From NCBI GenBank assembly GCA_964436955.1, contig CAYTFC010000004.1, positions 5,872 to 69,871 on the forward strand: a DNA stretch of 64,000 bases, in the 5' to 3' direction. The notes under the pieces were generated by a model. The model had not been told where the DNA came from and ran no database searches. It saw only the letters and a program-made list of their open reading frames with translations. This stretch comes from an uncultured bacterium (GTDB taxonomy: Bacteria > Chlamydiota > Chlamydiia > Chlamydiales > JAJFMA01). The first letter of the stretch is position 1. Every line of letters begins with the position of its first letter. The translations under genes were made by a program, and so were the position numbers. Of this stretch, positions 56,730 to 64,000 are shown piece by piece.

Positions 56730-57589
56730 ACTAAAATCACTTCCATTATTGATCGCCAATTTGGACCGAATAAATCTCCCTCATGCTTTATAGAAAATAC
56801 CGCATAAGGTCCATTAAGTCCGATTCTTTCAGATTTGATATTGAGCCTATCACCAGGGAGAATATCAGGGCGAAGAGTGGTTTGAACGATATATCCAGTT
56901 CGCGGGCCATCCAGATATACAGCCGCTCTCTTATCTGTATAGCGCTGAGGAATTCCGATCATGCCAGTGTCGGCATTGATTTCTATGGCTGGTTTTGAAG
57001 TGGTTCCATATTGAGGGATGATTTGAAGCTTTCCATTTTGAACGCTCCATCTTAGACCGAGTCTTAAAACTGCTTTGTCTAGGGCATTTTTACCCATTCC
57101 AGCATATTCGAACCCTTGCTCATAAACAACATTGTCAGTAGCAGTAAACTCAGAAATAGATAGCCCAAGTTGATCGGCGATCGTTTGGACAACCTGACGG
57201 ACTGGGACCTTTTCCTTGAAGCTAACGGTAATAGATTTCTGGTTAAGAATTTTTTCTCCGTCTCCGCAATCAAGTGTAGTGACGATTTCTGGCTGATCAT
57301 AGGCATGGCTGACTTGGGTGGTATTACCAATGAAAAGCAATTGTTCGCCCGCGTCTTCTCGATACCCGGCGGATAAGATAACTTGGTCTCCATAATCTTT
57401 GATCCTGTTCCTATTTTCTTGACTGAGGTTCCAAATTTTTACAGATGCTGTATTGGTTGACCAGCTCAAATTCTTCTGAATAGAAAAGGAAATGCGAAGA
57501 GCTGAAAGCTTAATTGTTCCAATATAGCCATTGAAAGTATTGTTTCTCAATCCAACTTCTACGGATGCTATTCGATCAAATCTGGCCAT
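56726..57589 (-). CDS. baseplate hub-like protein
   Basis: LRISFSIQKNLSWSTNTASVKIWNLSQENRNRIKDYGDQVILSAGY matches the common hub/XkdQ-like pattern. The position between the tape measure and the spike agrees. Confidence 0.5.
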   Translation of the reverse strand: MARFDRIASVEVGLRNNTFNGYIGTIKLSALRISFSIQKNLSWSTNTASVKIWNLSQENRNRIKDYGDQVILSAGYREDAGEQLLFIGNTTQVSHAYDQPEIVTTLDCGDGEKILNQKSITVSFKEKVPVRQVVQTIADQLGLSISEFTATDNVVYEQGFEYAGMGKNALDKAVLRLGLRWSVQNGKLQIIPQYGTTSKPAIEINADTGMIGIPQRYTDKRAAVYLDGPRTGYIVQTTLRPDILPGDRLNIKSERIGLNGPYAVFSIKHEGDLFGPNWRSIMEVILV

Positions 57590-57910
57590 TTAAGCGAACT
57601 CCCCGAGAGAATAATAGATGAGTTCAGTAACCTCGCCCATGTCTAGACGTTGAATTTTTCCTTCTCCTCCAATGATGTTTTGGCAAACGATATCTCCTGT
57701 GGGTTTGCCATCATTGACATATTGAGAGGTTAAGTTATAGTTAGCGACGACTTTTATCCCAAGGATGATGGGAACTAAATCGCGAGTTAGAATGTCCATG
57801 ACCCAGTATTCATTCATTGCGTTCCATCTAAAAGATAAAACAAATGTTTGATTAGCCAATTCAATTTGTTCTTGCCATTGGGCGGGTTCTTTAAAAGGAA
57901 TAATTTGCAT
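57590..57910 (-). CDS. small baseplate/tail protein
   Basis: 106 aa. FVLSFRWNAMNEYWVMDI pattern. It is contiguous with its neighbours (start overlaps the upstream stop by 1 nt; its own stop abuts the next start) in the operon. Confidence 0.4.
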   Translation of the reverse strand: MQIIPFKEPAQWQEQIELANQTFVLSFRWNAMNEYWVMDILTRDLVPIILGIKVVANYNLTSQYVNDGKPTGDIVCQNIIGGEGKIQRLDMGEVTELIYYSLGEFA

Positions 57911-58554
57911 TACACCACCCCTAAGATTAAATTTTTGCTGGATAATACGTTAGGGAGAATCGTGGGTTGCACAGAGATCAAGGATTGAACGCCTACATTA
58001 ATCCCGCTTGAGGCCTGATCTTTTAGACTATTGACAGGATCATTTTGAATAAGGGGATAATTGGCGTTGGACGCCACAATGTCTCGAGGAATTTTGTTTT
58101 GCACTCCACCGAAAACATTTCCTTGATCAAGTTGCAATCTAACGCTTGTATCTATGATGAGCCTTTGTAATTCGATGGTAAAAGTTAAAGACTGCCCTGT
58201 CTTTATATCTCTGGGTACATCTAAAACAGTAATAGCCATGTTTTGATACACTTTTAAACCTGTGACCACGGTCACAGGCAACCTTGATTGATGAAGGGCG
58301 ATGAGACGGTTAAATGCATCAATTGAGCGATTAAAAGGGGCAAAAATACTCAGTGGAGTATCTGAAACAAGGCCGACCAACACTAAAACGTCGGGTTCGT
58401 TGATAATATGATCCGATATGATTGTGCCATCTTCAATCGGATAGTTTGTTACGCGCGAAGAGAAGCGATGTTCTTCCCGAATGGTAACATCTAGATCGAT
58501 TGACCCAACTTTTGGGCTAGGATATTTTTTTCCAAATAGCAGAGATAAAACCAT
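57910..58554 (-). CDS. tail/baseplate protein following the tape measure (Dit-like pattern)
   Basis: DLDVTIREEHRFSSRVTNYPIEDGTIISDHI...VVTGLKVYQNMAI resembles the family with motif hPvEdG..isDh. Confidence 0.4.
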   Translation of the reverse strand: MVLSLLFGKKYPSPKVGSIDLDVTIREEHRFSSRVTNYPIEDGTIISDHIINEPDVLVLVGLVSDTPLSIFAPFNRSIDAFNRLIALHQSRLPVTVVTGLKVYQNMAITVLDVPRDIKTGQSLTFTIELQRLIIDTSVRLQLDQGNVFGGVQNKIPRDIVASNANYPLIQNDPVNSLKDQASSGINVGVQSLISVQPTILPNVLSSKNLILGVV

Positions 58555-59660
58555 TACTCCACCTGAGGATTGTTGTTATAGATTTCCCTAATCTTATCTA
58601 TGAAAGCATTGTCAAAAGCTTCATCGAAAGACTGGCGAATAGCGATTTGCTGCTGATCAGTCGTTCCTGCAGGAATCTGCATATCGACTTTAGTATTGAT
58701 ATTGAAATTGGCTGGAAGCTTGCCTTGTTTTTGTTGTTCTACTAAGGCATTGAAAAAGAAAGCGTCTTCTTCGTCAACTTTCCTTTTAACCATATTAAGA
58801 GTTTCACCGCCGAATAATTTGGCAACTTCTTCGGTTATCGCATCCGCAATAAACGAAAATCCACCCTTAATTCCTTCTGTGGAAAAGACATCTGCAATCA
58901 CTCCAAAGCCTTTAAAAGCATCTCCATTTAAAATCTGGGTGAATATTCCAAGCGCTTCAGTGATGGCAGGCAAGAGCTTAACTACGAAAACCTCTGTCAG
59001 TTGTGTCAGCTGATTTTTAAAAACCGCTAGATTTCGAGAATATTGGCTTAGACTTGGGATTCCATCTTTCAAGGCCTTAGCATATTCGGTATGTTTTTCT
59101 GTCAGCAATCCAATGCTATCGCCGGCTGCCTTGGCGAAATCTATATATTTTTGGGCGTCTTTTTCACCGAAGAAAGCGACAGCAACCTTTAATTTATCTC
59201 GATCATTGCTGAGAGTATTAATGTGCTTGAGGATGTCGATAAATAATTGATTGGCATTCTTCAATTCACCAGTGAAATTATCTCTAATTTCTATCCCTGT
59301 GTAATAAGCGATTTCTTGAAGCTGTCCCATTCCCCATTGAGCATCTTGAAGCATTTTATTCAAACCGGAAATGGCAGCATCAAAATTGCTTGGATCAATT
59401 CTAAATTCTTCGGCAGCCTTTCTTAACTTGATAAATTCTTCGAATGAAATGCCAATACTCTTAGCGAGATCATTGGCATCCAATGTGGCATTTGCAATGT
59501 CATTGAAAAAGTCTAGGGTTTTAGCAACGAATGCAGTTGCAGCTGTTGCTGCAATAGCAAATTTTGTTTTAAACCCTATGATTGTACGATTAAATTGCTC
59601 AACGCCTCTTTGATCGACTTGAAAGCCTAATCTAGTGACTAATTCTCTAACGACTGTCAT
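58554..59660 (-). CDS. tail tape measure protein (short, 368 aa)
   Basis: It lies immediately after the frameshifted chaperone pair. The composition is helical and Ala/Lys-rich, with AATAATAFVAKTLDFFNDIANATLDAN. Confidence 0.7.
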   Translation of the reverse strand: MTVVRELVTRLGFQVDQRGVEQFNRTIIGFKTKFAIAATAATAFVAKTLDFFNDIANATLDANDLAKSIGISFEEFIKLRKAAEEFRIDPSNFDAAISGLNKMLQDAQWGMGQLQEIAYYTGIEIRDNFTGELKNANQLFIDILKHINTLSNDRDKLKVAVAFFGEKDAQKYIDFAKAAGDSIGLLTEKHTEYAKALKDGIPSLSQYSRNLAVFKNQLTQLTEVFVVKLLPAITEALGIFTQILNGDAFKGFGVIADVFSTEGIKGGFSFIADAITEEVAKLFGGETLNMVKRKVDEEDAFFFNALVEQQKQGKLPANFNINTKVDMQIPAGTTDQQQIAIRQSFDEAFDNAFIDKIREIYNNNPQVE

Positions 59661-60293
59661 TTCTTCGACCTTTCCTTTTAGATTCTTCCATCAGGTCGAG
59701 TCGCATATCCAGCAAGGCATTTGCCCTCAACAGATCATCTAGATTCCATGTGCGCTCGATTTCCTCTAAAGAGGCTATTCCTTCTAATACTAACCGCCAG
59801 AGAAGGAACTCATCTTTTAATTCCGTATGGAGGTTTTTCTCGTATCTGGCTGACGATTCTGCGGCATCGGTGTTGCTTCCTTGAATAGGCCTCCAATACC
59901 GCTCTCCCCAAAAAAAGAACCGAAATTGCAATCTACCACGAAGGCCAAGACCTGCATCAAAGTAGGTAGATCACCTGCAAATTCAACATCTATTACAGAA
60001 TCGGTTAATTCCATTCCCTCTTTTCTGACTCCTTGGCATAGCTCAAGGACTAAACTTTCAAATGTTTTGTCATCCAATTGGGACATTAAAGATTCAATAG
60101 CTTTGACAGCTTCTCCTTTTGAAAAAGGAAGCCCAGCCATGCTTTGATCTTTGCCTCCAGGAAGGAATAATTGAGCCAAAGCAGGTCCAAAGATACGCAA
60201 AAGCTTTGCCTTCATTCTTAAAGCTCTTCTAGCGGGTAACTGAGTACAGGTATAAACCGATCCATTGATTTGTTTTTCTCGTGTTTCAATCAT
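59647..60293 (-). CDS. tail assembly chaperone pair (G-like 59817-60293; G-T-like fusion through a -1 frameshift to 59647)
   Basis: Two overlapping ORFs sit between the tube and tape-measure genes. The second is in the -1 frame relative to the first. A slippery T TTT TTT lies on the minus strand at 59916-59910. Confidence 0.75.
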
Positions 60294-60727
60294 TAGACGT
60301 TTACTCCATTGCTACCAACGAAGACGTCCAGATCAACTAGATCAAGAACCCAATCGCGATTAGCTAAATCTTTACCGAATTCAGAAGATGGATATTTCTT
60401 CACCCAGCCAGTAGCACTGAAATAAAGGGAATTTCCGCTCAAGTCTTTGATTAAGATCGGGACAACTCCGGCATTGGTTAATTCATCAATGTTAGCGAAG
60501 CCTGAAAGTACGTCGTTACTTGGACTCGATTGCTTTAAGGTGAGCGTCATATTTCCAGAGCGATTGTTACTTTTGATACGCGTGCTTGTACCATCCGCGC
60601 CAGTAACCTTCGCCCATTGATCGTCATCTCTATCAACTGTTAAAAAAGTTCCATCAGCGAAGCCGCTCATAGGAATCCCGCCTACTGTAATAATGACCTG
60701 CTTAGGGTCATAAGTTCTTACTGACAT
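60293..60727 (-). CDS. tail tube protein
   Basis: 144 aa, directly after the sheath gene. The pattern VIITVGGIPMSGFADGTF..V.R..D....V.GADG....I.S.NRSG.MTLTLKQSSPSN is typical of the tube family that accompanies DUF3383-type sheaths. Confidence 0.65.
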   Translation of the reverse strand: MSVRTYDPKQVIITVGGIPMSGFADGTFLTVDRDDDQWAKVTGADGTSTRIKSNNRSGNMTLTLKQSSPSNDVLSGFANIDELTNAGVVPILIKDLSGNSLYFSATGWVKKYPSSEFGKDLANRDWVLDLVDLDVFVGSNGVNV

Positions 60728-60744
60728 AATTATCTCCTAAGTAT

Positions 60745-63156
<2,412 letters not shown>

Positions 63157-63167
<11 letters not shown>

Positions 63168-63339
63168 CTTCTACCCCATACAACACAAGAACTGAATGAA
63201 GCTCGAAGCCTTGCTGATAATAGGTGTCATATTTGACATCGAATAATTTCCATGCATTGGCTGTCAATTCATTGAGGAAGTCATTGAGCCTGTCTTCTAA
63301 CGTCATAAAAGAAGTGTCTGAAATAATTTTTGCTTTCAT
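63157..63339 (-). CDS. small hypothetical protein in the neck module
   Basis: 60-aa ORF that overlaps the next gene by 11 nt. Confidence 0.35.
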
Positions 63340-63356
63340 GGTTTTTCAATTCCTTT

Positions 63357-63713
63357 TTATTGTCCTTCGAGCCTTAAGACTAAGTATTTATAATGGTTTA
63401 CCAACCCCATTGCCGGTGCGTTTTGCCATGGAAAAACCTGAACCACTTCAAAAGTTTTCCCGAAGAAAAGAACAAGGTCTGGATTTACACTCGTGACCGT
63501 GTTAATGAGGGTCGAGGTAAAAAGCTTATAGCCTTCTGAATCTCTTCTTGCCTCTGGCAGCTCCTGCATTTCTTCACCCTTCATGGGCTGGATGCTGGAA
63601 GTTATTTGAGTATCTGTGTAAGCGCCATCAATCCAGCGCCCATTCGTATAACCTCCGCTTTGAAAGCGACGAAGTATTACTGGAGAGCGAAAGATTTCAA
63701 ATGGCGATGTCAT
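63357..63713 (-). CDS. head-tail joining/closure-like protein
   Basis: 118 aa. The assignment rests on position and on a general head-closure-like pattern (IQPMKGEEMQELPEARRDSEGYKLF). Confidence 0.4.
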   Translation of the reverse strand: MTSPFEIFRSPVILRRFQSGGYTNGRWIDGAYTDTQITSSIQPMKGEEMQELPEARRDSEGYKLFTSTLINTVTSVNPDLVLFFGKTFEVVQVFPWQNAPAMGLVNHYKYLVLRLEGQ

Positions 63714-63976
63714 TTGAGCTCCACCTTATAGCGTACTGACTGCACCATCTGACCGAAGTCAATTAAAGGCTTGGAGCTTTTCTTAATAGCAATAGTCCTT
63801 GGAGAATTGGGAGGGGAAACAATTGCACGGATCTTTTGAACAATCAGTTTTGTCATTAGCTGTCCTATCAATCCTAAGGATTTTTCTGCTGTTCTTTTAC
63901 CGTCCAAAATTTTAGTGTATTCGCCTTGTATCGCATTATTTATTAATGCCTTGTTCTCATCGAAGCTTGTAGACAT
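63710..63976 (-). CDS. virion-morphogenesis/tail-completion-like protein
   Basis: SPPNSPRTIAIKKSSKPLIDFGQMVQSV resembles Mu gpG/HK97 gp10-type completion proteins. It overlaps the next gene by 4 nt. Confidence 0.35.
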   Translation of the reverse strand: MSTSFDENKALINNAIQGEYTKILDGKRTAEKSLGLIGQLMTKLIVQKIRAIVSPPNSPRTIAIKKSSKPLIDFGQMVQSVRYKVELK

Positions 63977-64000
63977 AAAGGGTCTAGCTGGAATGGTATT

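Noticed and set aside
47019-56758. 14-nt identity attattgatcgcca at 47019-47031 and 56744-56758, suggesting a shared start region
   Set aside because: A match of this length is expected by chance several times in 64 kb when both strands are considered. The second site falls in an ORF extension that I reject.

Overview
This is a low-GC (roughly 35-42% by eye, not computed), densely coding, mosaic segment. I read it as part of a phage-plasmid-like replicon, or a prophage carrying plasmid maintenance genes. Three kinds of module are interleaved.

(1) Tailed-phage (contractile-tail) genes, all on the minus strand:
- a portal N-terminus running off the left edge (<1-244);
- terS/terL (16.1-17.9 kb), a ParB-domain DNA methyltransferase and a DUF1064-like nuclease (17.9-19.7 kb);
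- an unbroken 18-kb operon from 64.0 kb down to 45.9 kb. Its order is neck/completion proteins, sheath, tube, a chaperone pair with a T7 -1 frameshift site, tape measure, baseplate (hub, spike, gp25-like, J-like, I-like), then a long series of fibre genes that includes three tandem glycine-rich paralogs.

(2) Plasmid-type maintenance genes (37.9-45.6 kb):
- a ~2-kb field of at least 8 direct ~40-bp iterons;
- an HTH Rep-like protein and a primase-helicase;
- ParA with a ribbon-helix-helix (RHH) partner, a divergent small RHH gene, and short TCTGG-type repeat arrays.

(3) Cargo:
- czcCBA plus a P1B ATPase (0.9-8.7 kb) and an AAA ATPase with a nuclease-like C-terminus;
- glgC plus a carbohydrate-binding protein, and a tyrosine recombinase;
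- two diverged AbiEi/AbiEii pairs;
- a copper-type island (21.9-36.9 kb): cusCBA-like genes, a P2-type ATPase, phosphoketolase, an outer-membrane factor, a multicopper oxidase, a DUF2231-like protein and a DUF326-like protein;
- a truncated glgP fragment that abuts the iteron field.

No rRNA, tRNA or CRISPR array was recognised by eye. Product calls rest on motifs, size and gene order that I can read in the translations. No database search was run.
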